Positions 1 to 9,412 of a stretch of DNA of 64,000 nucleotides are shown here, one piece after another (positions within the stretch are counted from its first letter, which is position 1; each line of letters starts with the position of its first letter). Below the pieces are notes generated by a model that saw only the letters and a list, made by a program, of their open reading frames with translations, was not told where the DNA came from and made no database searches. The DNA lies in sequence record MN091626.1. The stretch is one strand, 5' to 3'. The translations under genes were made by a program, and so were the position numbers.

Positions 1-495
1 GTAATTATTCTCTTACAAGCAAATCAAATAAAAAATATTAATAAAAATAATGATAGATATTTTAACGAAGACGAATTTCATAATAGTCAAGATATTTTTG
101 GTTATAATGAAAAAGGAATTATGGGTTTTTTAAATATGTCTTTTTCATTAGTTTCAGAATATGATAAAAAAGAAAGATTGTATGCAGGACATTACTTATT
201 AAAAAATATGAATGCAAAATTTTTGATATTTGATTCTAACCATGAAACATATAAAGAAGTAACTTCAAAAGAACTACTACTTGAAAAAGATAAAAGAGAA
301 TATCTTTTTTCAAGACAAATAGAAAGACCTAAATTTTATGATCATTGGTCTAATTTAATTCAAACTAATAAAAAACTCAACATTAAGAACTTGAAAAAAT
401 TAACGAATAAATACGACAATATTCTAAAACAAAAATTTGACTTAGAACAGATTAATGAATTTAAAGATTATATGGAAGGAAGAATTACTTTATGA
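1..495 (+). CDS. Hypothetical protein, 5'-truncated by the window edge
   Basis: Frame 1 is open from base 1 through the listed 121..495 ORF, so the real start lies outside the window. Confidence 0.7.
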   Translation, partial: VIILLQANQIKNINKNNDRYFNEDEFHNSQDIFGYNEKGIMGFLNMSFSLVSEYDKKERLYAGHYLLKNMNAKFLIFDSNHETYKEVTSKELLLEKDKREYLFSRQIERPKFYDHWSNLIQTNKKLNIKNLKKLTNKYDNILKQKFDLEQINEFKDYMEGRITL

Positions 496-632
496 CAGTA
501 TTAATAATATTATCCATAATGACTTTTTTAGTTGTAGCATTTGGCATTATTGAGAAAGATGTTGATATCCTTGCAACTGGAGCTTTAATTGCATGTTTGG
601 CATTGTTTTACGTAGCTTTTGGGATAATCTAA
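492..632 (+). CDS. Small 2-TM membrane protein (46 aa), not in ORF track
   Basis: ATG overlaps upstream stop (ATGA); translates MTVLIILSIMTFLVVAFGIIEKDVDILATGALIACLALFYVAFGII. Confidence 0.7.
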   Translation: MTVLIILSIMTFLVVAFGIIEKDVDILATGALIACLALFYVAFGII

Positions 633-662
633 AAAGAAAATAAAAAGATCGGAGAAATAATT

Positions 663-836
663 ATGATTATAGCACCTATTTTATTGATAATATCTGTTTT
701 TTTAATAATAGCTTCATTGATATCTTTTGTTATAACAGTTATAAATTTTAATGAAGGAATAGTTTCTTTAATAATTGCAGTTGCAGGATTTATAGTTTTC
801 TTATTATCTTGTGTATTTGGAATGATAGGTTTATAA
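663..836 (+). CDS. Small 2-TM membrane protein (57 aa), not in ORF track
   Basis: GGAG SD; MIIAPILLIISVFLIIASLISFVITVINFNEGIVSLIIAVAGFIVFLLSCVFGMIGL. Confidence 0.75.
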   Translation: MIIAPILLIISVFLIIASLISFVITVINFNEGIVSLIIAVAGFIVFLLSCVFGMIGL

Positions 837-860
837 AATTAAAGATCGGAGAAAATAATT

Positions 861-1052
861 ATGGGTACATTTTTGGGAATATCACTCTTAGTGTCTTTTG
901 GATTAACTTTAATCTTCTTTTTATTAACAGCTGTATTTGATGATTTTGACATATTATTAATGATAACTGTTATTTCTGCTATAATAACTGTAGTACTATT
1001 TATATCCTTAGGTATATTTGCTATACTTAACGAAAGTCAATTCTATTATTAA
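861..1052 (+). CDS. Small 2-TM membrane protein
   Basis: GGAG SD in the same AAAGATCGGAGAAA context as 663; two hydrophobic helices. Confidence 0.75.
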   Translation: MGTFLGISLLVSFGLTLIFFLLTAVFDDFDILLMITVISAIITVVLFISLGIFAILNESQFYY

Positions 1053-1081
1053 GAATAAATATTAAGAGAGGATGGTTAGAT

Positions 1082-1351
1082 GTGAATTTATTTAATTTAT
1101 TTAAAAAAGAAGATAAAAGATTAGCATTAATAAGAAATAAATTTGATGAAGAAAAAATTACTGCAGTAATCAGAAAAGAAGGTAATAAAATTGAAGTGGA
1201 ATATTTATTATTTAATGATGAAAATTGCATGATGAGACCTTCTTATTATTCTGAAGAAGATCGTTTAGAAGTAGAAAACAAAATAAAAGCTGTTATGGCA
1301 TATTATGGTTATTTAGACAATGACTTTATTATGTATGCAGATGTAATTTAA
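1082..1351 (+). CDS. Hypothetical protein
   Basis: GAGGA SD, 89-aa ORF. Confidence 0.65.
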   Translation: MNLFNLFKKEDKRLALIRNKFDEEKITAVIRKEGNKIEVEYLLFNDENCMMRPSYYSEEDRLEVENKIKAVMAYYGYLDNDFIMYADVI

Positions 1352-1376
1352 TTATATTAAAAGAGGTGTTTAAGTA

Positions 1377-1460
1377 ATGATAACGACATACATTATATTT
1401 TCAATTTTAGTACTAGGATTAGTTAATATTATTTCATACAAAAAATCAAAAGCAAAATAA
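1377..1460 (+). CDS. Micro membrane peptide (27 aa), not in ORF track
   Basis: AGAGGTG SD; MITIHIIFSILVLGLVNIISYKKSKAK (one TM plus basic tail). Confidence 0.55.
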   Translation: MITTYIIFSILVLGLVNIISYKKSKAK

Positions 1461-1470
1461 ATTAAAAATT

Positions 1471-1503
1471 GGAACTAACCTTTCTATATGAGAGGTTAGT
1501 TCC
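1471..1503 (+). terminator. Intrinsic terminator hairpin
   Basis: GGAACTAACCT/AGGTTAGTTCC 11-bp stem, T-rich downstream. Confidence 0.7.
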
Positions 1504-1581
1504 TCATATTTGATTTTTTTTAGAAATAATTGCGTTATTTATTATTTCAATTAATTTATTTAGAAGGAGAGATACATTATA

Positions 1582-1755
1582 TTGATAATTAAAATACTGT
1601 TTTTGATATTTTTAGTATTGGGCAATATTTTATTTTTAAATTCATTATTTACAATTATCTTTAATGAGTTTGATACATATAAGAGAGAATTAATAATGAA
1701 TCTTATATCACTGCTATCAATTTTTACTGCATTATGGTTATACTCATTAATTTAA
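1582..1755 (+). CDS. Small 2-TM membrane protein (57 aa, TTG start), not in ORF track
   Basis: AGAAGGAG SD; MIIKILFLIFLVLGNILFLNSLFTIIFNEFDTYKRELIMNLISLLSIFTALWLYSLI. Confidence 0.6.
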   Translation: MIIKILFLIFLVLGNILFLNSLFTIIFNEFDTYKRELIMNLISLLSIFTALWLYSLI

Positions 1756-1793
1756 ATCAACTAGAAAAATTTTAATGTTTTTAAGGAAAATTT

Positions 1794-1837
1794 CTAGCTT
1801 TTTTATAAAAAATTTGTTATAATAAATAACGTTATAG
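1794..1837 (+). promoter_or_regulatory. Promoter region of recA-like gene (extended -10 TGnTATAAT plus ATAACGTTAT palindrome)
   Basis: CTAGC-T6-N10-TGTTATAAT also at 18377-18406; TTTTATAAAAAATTT-N10-ATAACGTTAT also upstream of rusA. Confidence 0.55.
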
Positions 1838-1868
1838 TATTAAATAATTTTTGGAGAGTGAATGTTAA

Positions 1869-3170
1869 ATGTCAAAATTAACTAGCAAAATTAATGATTT
1901 GATTAAATCAAACCCATCAGTGTACGGTAAAGAAGATAATTACACGCCTATGTATGAATCAGGAATTGACTTATTGGACTATAGAAATGGTTTCTTAAAT
2001 ACTGTTACAGATGATGAACGTATTGGATTAATGGGCGGTAAAGTAACTACATTTATTGGTGGATCAGGTTCAGGTAAAACAACACTTGCTATTCAAGCAG
2101 CAGCAAAAATTGTTGAAAAATATGAGAACTCAAGTGTTATTCATTATGACTTTGAAGATGCAACTACTGATGAACGTATTTATCAAGTAACAGGTTGGTC
2201 TAAAGAAATGAAACAAGAAAAATACACTAAATTAAATAAAAAGATTAGTTTAGATTCAGTAGATCAATTAATTCGTGGTATCCGTGATACTAAATTAGAA
2301 AATGAAGAAGAATTCACTATCCATACAGACAAAATTGATCCAGAAACTGGAGAAAAAGTTTCATTCATGGCTCCAACAGTAGTTATCATTGACTCTGTTG
2401 CTACAATGGCTTCTAAAGAAATTGATGATAAAGATGGTGAAGGTGGACAAATGAATGCCACTAAACAAGCTAAAGATAATACAACATTCATTAAACGTAT
2501 TATTGGTTCATCTACATTAAATTCAGCTAATATTATGCTTATTTTAATTAATCATATTACAACTAAAATTGATATCAATCCATATGCAGCTACACCTAAA
2601 GAATTAAACTATCTTAAACAAGGTGAAGCATTACCAGGTGGTAAAGCAATCAACTATATGGCGAATAACATGTTTAAGATTAGTCCATCACAGGCTTTAG
2701 ATCCAGAAGGAAATTCTAATCAAGCTAAATATGGAATTAAAGGTTTTATCAATACAGTTGAAGTTATTAAATCACGTTCAAATGCAGCTGGTGCTAAATT
2801 TGATTTAATCTTTGAACAAAAGAATGGCTTTAATAATGCTTTATCAAATCTATTGTTCTTACAAAGTGAAAAAATGCTTAAAGGTAATCCAAGAGCTTAT
2901 CGTATTGATGGTTATGATGATGTTAGCTTTACACTTAAAACATTTATGGATAAATATGAGAGTAATAAAGATTTTAAAGAATACTTTGATAACTATGTTA
3001 AAGGTATCTATAAAGAAAAATTCTTAGCTAATATTGAACATGAATCTAGTTTAGATAATGAAGAATTAGAATTAGTTGAATTAGTTAATAAATATGAAGA
3101 TATTTGGTTAGGTTCAGACGGTAATTATTATGATTCTGATAAAAATGCTATAGAAGTATCTAAAGATTAA
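1869..3170 (+). CDS. uvsX: RecA/UvsX-like recombinase
   Basis: Walker A GGSGSGKTT, DFE motif, Walker B VVIIDSVA, ILINHI and PGGKAINY motifs typical of RecA family. Confidence 0.9.
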   Translation: MSKLTSKINDLIKSNPSVYGKEDNYTPMYESGIDLLDYRNGFLNTVTDDERIGLMGGKVTTFIGGSGSGKTTLAIQAAAKIVEKYENSSVIHYDFEDATTDERIYQVTGWSKEMKQEKYTKLNKKISLDSVDQLIRGIRDTKLENEEEFTIHTDKIDPETGEKVSFMAPTVVIIDSVATMASKEIDDKDGEGGQMNATKQAKDNTTFIKRIIGSSTLNSANIMLILINHITTKIDINPYAATPKELNYLKQGEALPGGKAINYMANNMFKISPSQALDPEGNSNQAKYGIKGFINTVEVIKSRSNAAGAKFDLIFEQKNGFNNALSNLLFLQSEKMLKGNPRAYRIDGYDDVSFTLKTFMDKYESNKDFKEYFDNYVKGIYKEKFLANIEHESSLDNEELELVELVNKYEDIWLGSDGNYYDSDKNAIEVSKD

Positions 3171-3186
3171 TTTTTAAAAGGGATAA

Positions 3187-3216
3187 TTCCAATGAAGATA
3201 ATATACTTCATTGGAA
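3187..3216 (+). terminator. Intrinsic terminator hairpin after recA-like gene
   Basis: TTCCAATGAAG/CTTCATTGGAA stem. Confidence 0.6.
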
Positions 3217-3239
3217 CCCTTTAATTCAAATTTTGGTTC

Positions 3240-3288
3240 AAATATATATTATAAGATTGTAGAATATTAAGAGCATGATATTCTACAA
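3240..3288 (+). promoter_or_regulatory. Early-type promoter AATATATATTATAA plus leader hairpin
   Basis: Motif recurs about 12 times upstream of operons; 11-bp stem 3257-3288 follows. Confidence 0.7.
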
Positions 3289-3322
3289 ATATATTCATTA
3301 TTATAGGAGAGTGTATTAAGAT

Positions 3323-5464
3323 ATGACAAAAGACAAAACACAAAGAATGGTAGAAATTGAAGATAAGCGAAGTCATGAGTTTTTATCAGAACCTCTATTA
3401 ATGCCTAACGTTAATAGAACTAATGGTAACCGATCACAAATGTTTACATCTCACATTGGTCAATGTATTCAATTAACTGGAGCTGAACCACCTTTAATTC
3501 AAACTGGTTTTGAAAATCAAGTAGGTAAATATTCAACTGGATACAAGAAAGCTAATAGAGATTTTGAAGTTATTTATAAATTTGAAAAGAATAAGTACGT
3601 TAATTACTATTTAATTAAGTACAAAGATAATGATGAATATGATGTAATTATTAGAGAAGAAGCTAATCACTTAGCTGAGAAGTTCGGAAATAAATATAAT
3701 AATGATGAAATTGATAAACTAAAAGTTGGAGATACTGTTAGTAAAGAAACTGTATTATTTAAAGATCAAAACTATGATGAAGATAATAATTTCCAATATG
3801 GTGCTAATGCAACTTCTGTATTCTTACCATTCAAAGGTATGACGAATGAGGACGGAATTGTAGTATCAGAATCATTAGCAGAGAAAATGTCAAGTTATTT
3901 TGTAAATGTAATCAATATCACTATCAATACAAACGATATTCCTTTAAATTTATATGGAAATGAAGATGAGTATAAATCATTTCCAGATGTAGGTGAAGAA
4001 GTTCAAAATGGAGTATTGTGTGCAACTCGTAGATTGAATTACGATGAGATTATTCATAAATTTAAAAATGAAATGCTTACTAAAACATTAGAAGATGATA
4101 ATGCTTATAAAGTTCACGGTAAAGTTATTGATATTGATGTACTTAATAATGAAGATATTGAAAAATTAGAAAATCAAAAATATTCAGAGCAATTTGTCAA
4201 GTATATTAAAGAATTAAGACACTTTTATAAAACATTTGTAACTGTTACAGATGATATTGTACGTAAAAAGAAATTTAGTAATGACTTAATTAGAATTCAT
4301 AATAAATTTAAAGGTTATATTGATGATAACGCTAAATTAGTTTATGACAATAATCAATTTGATAAAATTATCTTTAGAGTTAAAGTTTTAGAAAAGAAAC
4401 CTTTAGTTCATGGATCGAAAATCACCACACGCTATGGGGGTAAAGGAGTCGTAGCTGAAATTGTACCTGATGATCAAATGCCAATGATCACAGAGTTCGA
4501 TGGAGAAGACTTCACTAAAGATTCTACTAAAACACCAATTAGTAAACGAGTAGATTTAATCCATAATAATATGGGCATCATTAACCGTGGAAATCCATCA
4601 GCTTTAATTGAGTTAGAATTAAATCATGTATCAAATGTAATAAGACATCGTATAAGTAAATTAGATGATGTTAATCAACAGAAAGAATATCTATTAGGAT
4701 ATATTAAAGATGTAGATAAAATTTCATACGATAATTATGTTAAATTATTTAATCAATTAGATTTATCTGAAACTAAAGAAGCTATTAATGAAATTATTAA
4801 AGAAGGTATTGTATTACATCAAGCACCATTCTTTGGCAATATTGATTCAGAACAATTAAGATACGTATTTAATAAATATAATATTAAGAAAAATAGATTA
4901 AATATAAGTAATAGAACATTCATGGTTGGAGATTTATATCACTTAAAACTTAAACATGAACCGTCTGGTAAATTAAGTGCAAAATCTCTTGACTTTAACA
5001 ATTACAGTGGAATTCCTACTAGAACTCCAGATAGTAAAAAGTATCTATCAAGAATTAATAACAATCCACTCAGAATTGGCGAGATGGAAACATCTAATAT
5101 GATGATCGGTGGATCTATTAAAGCAATCAATCAATTAACGAATATGTATTCAAATAACCCAGATATGCGTAAACGTTTATTAGTTGAATTGTATACAGGT
5201 AATCCATTTAAGATCAATACAGAGAGTATACAAAAACGAACTCAAAATAATAATACTAAAGTACTTAATGCTTACTTTAGTCCATTGAATGTTAGTATGA
5301 CATTTGATGAACCTGAAGAAGATGAATTACTAGATATCATGGATTTAAATGAAGACCAATTAGAATTCTTAATGGAAAAATACGAAAATTTAGATGATAT
5401 CAATGATTTAACACCTCAAGAAATAAATGGTTTAGTTAAAGAAATTATTGAAGAAAGTAAATAA
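3323..5464 (+). CDS. Multisubunit RNA polymerase beta subunit, C-terminal half (probably non-virion RNAP)
   Basis: NRSQMFTSHIGQ, GSKITTRYGGKGVV, DLIHNNMGIINRGN and RIGEMET match RpoB NRALM..NMQRQ, GDK..R.G.KGV, D...N..G..SRMN and RFGEME. Confidence 0.92.
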   Translation: MTKDKTQRMVEIEDKRSHEFLSEPLLMPNVNRTNGNRSQMFTSHIGQCIQLTGAEPPLIQTGFENQVGKYSTGYKKANRDFEVIYKFEKNKYVNYYLIKYKDNDEYDVIIREEANHLAEKFGNKYNNDEIDKLKVGDTVSKETVLFKDQNYDEDNNFQYGANATSVFLPFKGMTNEDGIVVSESLAEKMSSYFVNVINITINTNDIPLNLYGNEDEYKSFPDVGEEVQNGVLCATRRLNYDEIIHKFKNEMLTKTLEDDNAYKVHGKVIDIDVLNNEDIEKLENQKYSEQFVKYIKELRHFYKTFVTVTDDIVRKKKFSNDLIRIHNKFKGYIDDNAKLVYDNNQFDKIIFRVKVLEKKPLVHGSKITTRYGGKGVVAEIVPDDQMPMITEFDGEDFTKDSTKTPISKRVDLIHNNMGIINRGNPSALIELELNHVSNVIRHRISKLDDVNQQKEYLLGYIKDVDKISYDNYVKLFNQLDLSETKEAINEIIKEGIVLHQAPFFGNIDSEQLRYVFNKYNIKKNRLNISNRTFMVGDLYHLKLKHEPSGKLSAKSLDFNNYSGIPTRTPDSKKYLSRINNNPLRIGEMETSNMMIGGSIKAINQLTNMYSNNPDMRKRLLVELYTGNPFKINTESIQKRTQNNNTKVLNAYFSPLNVSMTFDEPEEDELLDIMDLNEDQLEFLMEKYENLDDINDLTPQEINGLVKEIIEESK

Positions 5465-5471
5465 ATAAATG

Positions 5472-5503
5472 GGAGTAATGATCATTATTTTGATCATTAC
5501 TCC
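5472..5503 (+). terminator. Intrinsic terminator hairpin
   Basis: GGAGTAATGATCA/TGATCATTACTCC 13-bp stem after RNAP gene. Confidence 0.65.
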
Positions 5504-5517
5504 TATATTTAAAGGAT

Positions 5518-6072
5518 GTGTTTAAAATTTATCCTGATTACGATGAATTTTTAAAGAAAGAATTAGACCGCTTTGGAATTGATACGGATAGTATGATGTA
5601 TCATTCTGATCTTAATTACAATTATTGTAAAGAGAAATTAGAATCAATTGAAAAGGAAGATAAAGAAATGGAATTTAATTATTTGAATTTAGAAGATATA
5701 TCTTTAAATAAAGAAGAGACAAGTGGAGTTATGACTATAAGAGAATTAGTAAATACTATTGATCACTTGATATATACAGAAAATGAAGTTACACCTTTAT
5801 ACTACTTCTTTATGGATAAAATTGATTCACTTCCTATGATTAATATGATTACTTATAAAAAGGCAGCTAACACATTCTATGAAGAATATAAAAGATATAA
5901 CACTGAAAATCATTCAGCTTATATAAATATTAAGGGAGAATGGAAACAGTTATCATTTAATCAATTTAAAGAATCTTTAAAAGAAGTTTTATTATCTTCA
6001 CATAAAGAAAGCAATGTTGATAAATTATTTAAAGAGTTAAATAATTTAGCTGTAAAAGATAATTTTTCATAA
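5518..6072 (+). CDS. Hypothetical protein; degenerate KEY..VKxxF-type C-terminus (LAVKDNFS)
   Basis: 184-aa ORF; C-terminal comparison. Confidence 0.7.
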   Translation: MFKIYPDYDEFLKKELDRFGIDTDSMMYHSDLNYNYCKEKLESIEKEDKEMEFNYLNLEDISLNKEETSGVMTIRELVNTIDHLIYTENEVTPLYYFFMDKIDSLPMINMITYKKAANTFYEEYKRYNTENHSAYINIKGEWKQLSFNQFKESLKEVLLSSHKESNVDKLFKELNNLAVKDNFS

Positions 6073-6101
6073 TTGCTCTTAGATCAAAATTAGTAATAAG
6101 C

Positions 6102-6152
6102 ATATATTATAAATATGAGACAATGTTCATTAACTTGATCATTGTCTCATAT
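6102..6152 (+). promoter_or_regulatory. Early-type promoter plus 13-bp leader hairpin
   Basis: ATATATTATAA then ATATGAGACAATG/CATTGTCTCATAT. Confidence 0.7.
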
Positions 6153-6191
6153 ATTGTTTTATTTTTTATAAATAAGGAGATGAATTGGATA

Positions 6192-8069
6192 ATGGAAAAT
6201 AATACATTAAATTCGTATATAAAGGAAGATTTTAAATATTTTAAAGATGATAAATTAGAAATTGATGAAATATTTAACTTTAAAGATGATAAGACTAAAG
6301 AAAAATTTGAAACGTTTTTTAATGGAGTTATATACACATTGAAAAATTTGAATTATGTTGAATTATCTGAAATGTATAATGAATCAATTAAAGAGAAAGG
6401 TAATACTCAAGTTAAATCTGAAAGTTATATAAATTATTTAAATAATGAATTGAAAAATAAAAGACTAAATAAAGAAACTAAAAAACTTTATAAAGATTTA
6501 TTAATGACTTTAGAAGATGATTTGAAAAGATATAATGCTAATTTAGATGACAGCATTATAAATAAATTATTCAAAAATAAGTATATATCAATATCTTATT
6601 ATAGTTTAATAGTACCGTATAATATTGCTAACGAAATTGAATTTAATAAAAACTATTATATCTTTCTTGAATTAGAAGATTTTGTTAAATTCATAGTATT
6701 TCCGTATTATCAGCTTTTATACCTATCTAAAAATAATTTAAGAAATATTTATATAAAGAATACAGATATAAATCTTCATGATTATTTTATTGATATAATA
6801 AAGAGTTATATTAAAAATTTAATAGATAATAAAGATGTAGATACACTAAAGGATTTATTAGATGTGTTAACAAATGAGCACGAATATCTAAGATCCCCAA
6901 AATATACAGACTATAGAAAAGGTAATGGTAGAAATTTATTTGAGTTGCTAATAGATATGAATTTCAATGAATTTAAAGACTTATTATATGAAATGATATA
7001 TATTATAATGAATAATAATCTAAAAAAAGAATTACAAGTAGAAATGAATTATGATATATACAAACACAATATATTTTTAATAAGTTTAATGAATGATGAA
7101 GTAGAAAGTCATAGACAACCTAAATTTAATGATAAATTTTTAATAGAGAGTAATAATACAATTAGAGCTACTGCAAGTGCAGATTTATACAGTAAAAATA
7201 ATTACTACCAAAATAACTTATTAGGACACTATATTAATGATCTATATGTAAATAAAAATAAAATAAATAAATTTAAAAGGGTTAATAAAGTTAGAAGTCT
7301 TAAATCTTTTATTTATTTAACTAACCAAAGATGCATTATCGGTGGTGAGTCATATTATAAATATCTATATAAATATTTATTTGATCCAAGTAACTTAACT
7401 AGAGAAGAGTTTGAAGTATCTACATTATTAATTAAATTGATAACTTGTAAGTCTAGTAATCAATTAAAGAAAGTTATGGAGAATGCAAAAACCAACTCTA
7501 TATTAAATAATCTTTTATTTGAAACAGAAATTAATGATATAATTAAAATTGGTATAGAAATGAATATTAATACTATATTCAATGAAAAGGGTTTAAGTAA
7601 AATTAATACAGTTGATTTAACTGTAGGAAATATTGTAAAACCTTTGTTATATAATAACGCAAATGATTATGAAGAACAAACAGAAATCATTAATTCAATA
7701 TTTAAAAATTTTACTTATGATATAGATATCAATTTTGATAAATATCATTACAAAGATTTAGATGAATATTTTGAAAGTAGATTAAATTTAGGTCTTTTAA
7801 AAGAATCAAATATAGATATTAGTATTAATATTAATTATAGTAAAATTGCAAAAACTATTGTAAATAATATTAAAGATAAACTTAGAGGAAAATATGATTT
7901 TGAAAAGAATGAGTTTATTATTACTTATGATAAGATGAATATTACTCGTTTAACTTCTACAGAGTTCTGTAATGGTTTATGTGAATATTTAAGTAAATAC
8001 TTCCCAGAAGAAGCTAAAAAGTTAAATAAGAGTTTTAGAGCTGAAATTGTAAATACAATGTTTAGATAA
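6192..8069 (+). CDS. Large hypothetical protein (start re-called from 6123 to 6192)
   Basis: AAGGAG SD at 6174-6179; 6123-6190 is hairpin/leader. Confidence 0.75.
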   Translation: MENNTLNSYIKEDFKYFKDDKLEIDEIFNFKDDKTKEKFETFFNGVIYTLKNLNYVELSEMYNESIKEKGNTQVKSESYINYLNNELKNKRLNKETKKLYKDLLMTLEDDLKRYNANLDDSIINKLFKNKYISISYYSLIVPYNIANEIEFNKNYYIFLELEDFVKFIVFPYYQLLYLSKNNLRNIYIKNTDINLHDYFIDIIKSYIKNLIDNKDVDTLKDLLDVLTNEHEYLRSPKYTDYRKGNGRNLFELLIDMNFNEFKDLLYEMIYIIMNNNLKKELQVEMNYDIYKHNIFLISLMNDEVESHRQPKFNDKFLIESNNTIRATASADLYSKNNYYQNNLLGHYINDLYVNKNKINKFKRVNKVRSLKSFIYLTNQRCIIGGESYYKYLYKYLFDPSNLTREEFEVSTLLIKLITCKSSNQLKKVMENAKTNSILNNLLFETEINDIIKIGIEMNINTIFNEKGLSKINTVDLTVGNIVKPLLYNNANDYEEQTEIINSIFKNFTYDIDINFDKYHYKDLDEYFESRLNLGLLKESNIDISININYSKIAKTIVNNIKDKLRGKYDFEKNEFIITYDKMNITRLTSTEFCNGLCEYLSKYFPEEAKKLNKSFRAEIVNTMFR

Positions 8070-8085
8070 AAAGGAGAAATTAAAA

Positions 8086-8643
8086 ATGGATGTTAAAAAA
8101 ACGTTTAATGCAGATATAATGAAAAATGATGAAAAGGCTTTCAATCATATTATTAAAAATTGTATGTCTTTTTATGATAAAAGAAAAATGTATAATGAAG
8201 TTAATGATGACAATGAAGTTTTAACATATATATTTAATAACCACAAAGAAGAATTAATGAAAAGAAATAATGGTTTAATAGCTATATCAAAAGATCTAAA
8301 AGATCTTATTAGATACACCGTTGTCGATTATTATTTATTAAGTTTATTAAGAGATTTTTCTTCATTTTCAGTTGGGTACCGGGATATTGAAAATTTTGTT
8401 GAGATGTTAAAAATGGAGTTATTTAAACCAGATCAAGAAACTTTAAGTCAATTTTCTTCAAAAGATGATATAATATATTTATATTATAATACAACACTAA
8501 ATAAAATAATAAAAGTTGATCCTATTATGTACTTAAAAGCACTAATGGAGTATGTTAAAGAAGAAAAAGAATTCTATGGAGATCTATCTATAGAATTTGA
8601 AAAAGAAGTTAAAAAATATTTAGTTGAAAAGAACTTTAAATAA
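8086..8643 (+). CDS. Hypothetical protein, C-terminal-tag family (KKYLVEKNFK)
   Basis: AAGGAG SD; C-terminal motif. Confidence 0.8.
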   Translation: MDVKKTFNADIMKNDEKAFNHIIKNCMSFYDKRKMYNEVNDDNEVLTYIFNNHKEELMKRNNGLIAISKDLKDLIRYTVVDYYLLSLLRDFSSFSVGYRDIENFVEMLKMELFKPDQETLSQFSSKDDIIYLYYNTTLNKIIKVDPIMYLKALMEYVKEEKEFYGDLSIEFEKEVKKYLVEKNFK

Positions 8644-8660
8644 AGGAGAGATGATATTTA

Positions 8661-9395
8661 ATGAATGGATATGGAAAAATTAATAAAAAAGTTTTTAATA
8701 TAGATCGTAGCAACTTTGAAGTAGTTTTAATGGACTACATGGACACTAAACAGATGAAAAATAATTATAATAGGGATATAACCGATCAAGAAAAAATTGA
8801 TCGGTTAATACCTTTAATTAAACAACAAGAAAATGAACAAGATGAAGGTAGAATATTTGAAAATGCTAGAAGATATGAACTTCTTTTAGCTAAAACATTT
8901 GAATACTCTCTTAATGGAAAATTAGAATTATACAAATTAAAAGAAGTATTAAATTATTACGAAGAAAAAAATCTTTTTAATATAGTATATCCAAATTTTA
9001 GATACACTTTTAATGTAGAATCTCCCAGTAAAGAGTATTCCTTATTATCTTTAAAAACTAAAATATTTTTAATTATAGAAACTATTATAGATTTTATTAA
9101 AAATGATTATGTAGAAGATAATCTTTCTATTAAGTTAATTTTAAATTCAGAAGAAATAATGATTGATACCCTTGATTTAAACGAAAAATCTTTGTGTAAT
9201 ACCTTTAGTCTACAATATACAAATGAATTGTTATCTTATAATGGAGATTATTTGTTCTCACATGATCAAATAAAACGTATAGAAAATATAAATAATATTT
9301 TATTTAACGATATATACAAAGATAAAGATAAAGAAATTTTAGAATTTTTATCTAAGAAAGTAAAAAATAAATACATTTCAAAATATTTTAAATAA
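8661..9395 (+). CDS. Hypothetical protein, degenerate C-terminal tag (KYISKYFK)
   Basis: AAGGAG SD. Confidence 0.8.
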   Translation: MNGYGKINKKVFNIDRSNFEVVLMDYMDTKQMKNNYNRDITDQEKIDRLIPLIKQQENEQDEGRIFENARRYELLLAKTFEYSLNGKLELYKLKEVLNYYEEKNLFNIVYPNFRYTFNVESPSKEYSLLSLKTKIFLIIETIIDFIKNDYVEDNLSIKLILNSEEIMIDTLDLNEKSLCNTFSLQYTNELLSYNGDYLFSHDQIKRIENINNILFNDIYKDKDKEILEFLSKKVKNKYISKYFK

Positions 9396-9412
9396 ACAGG
9401 AGTGAATAGGAT

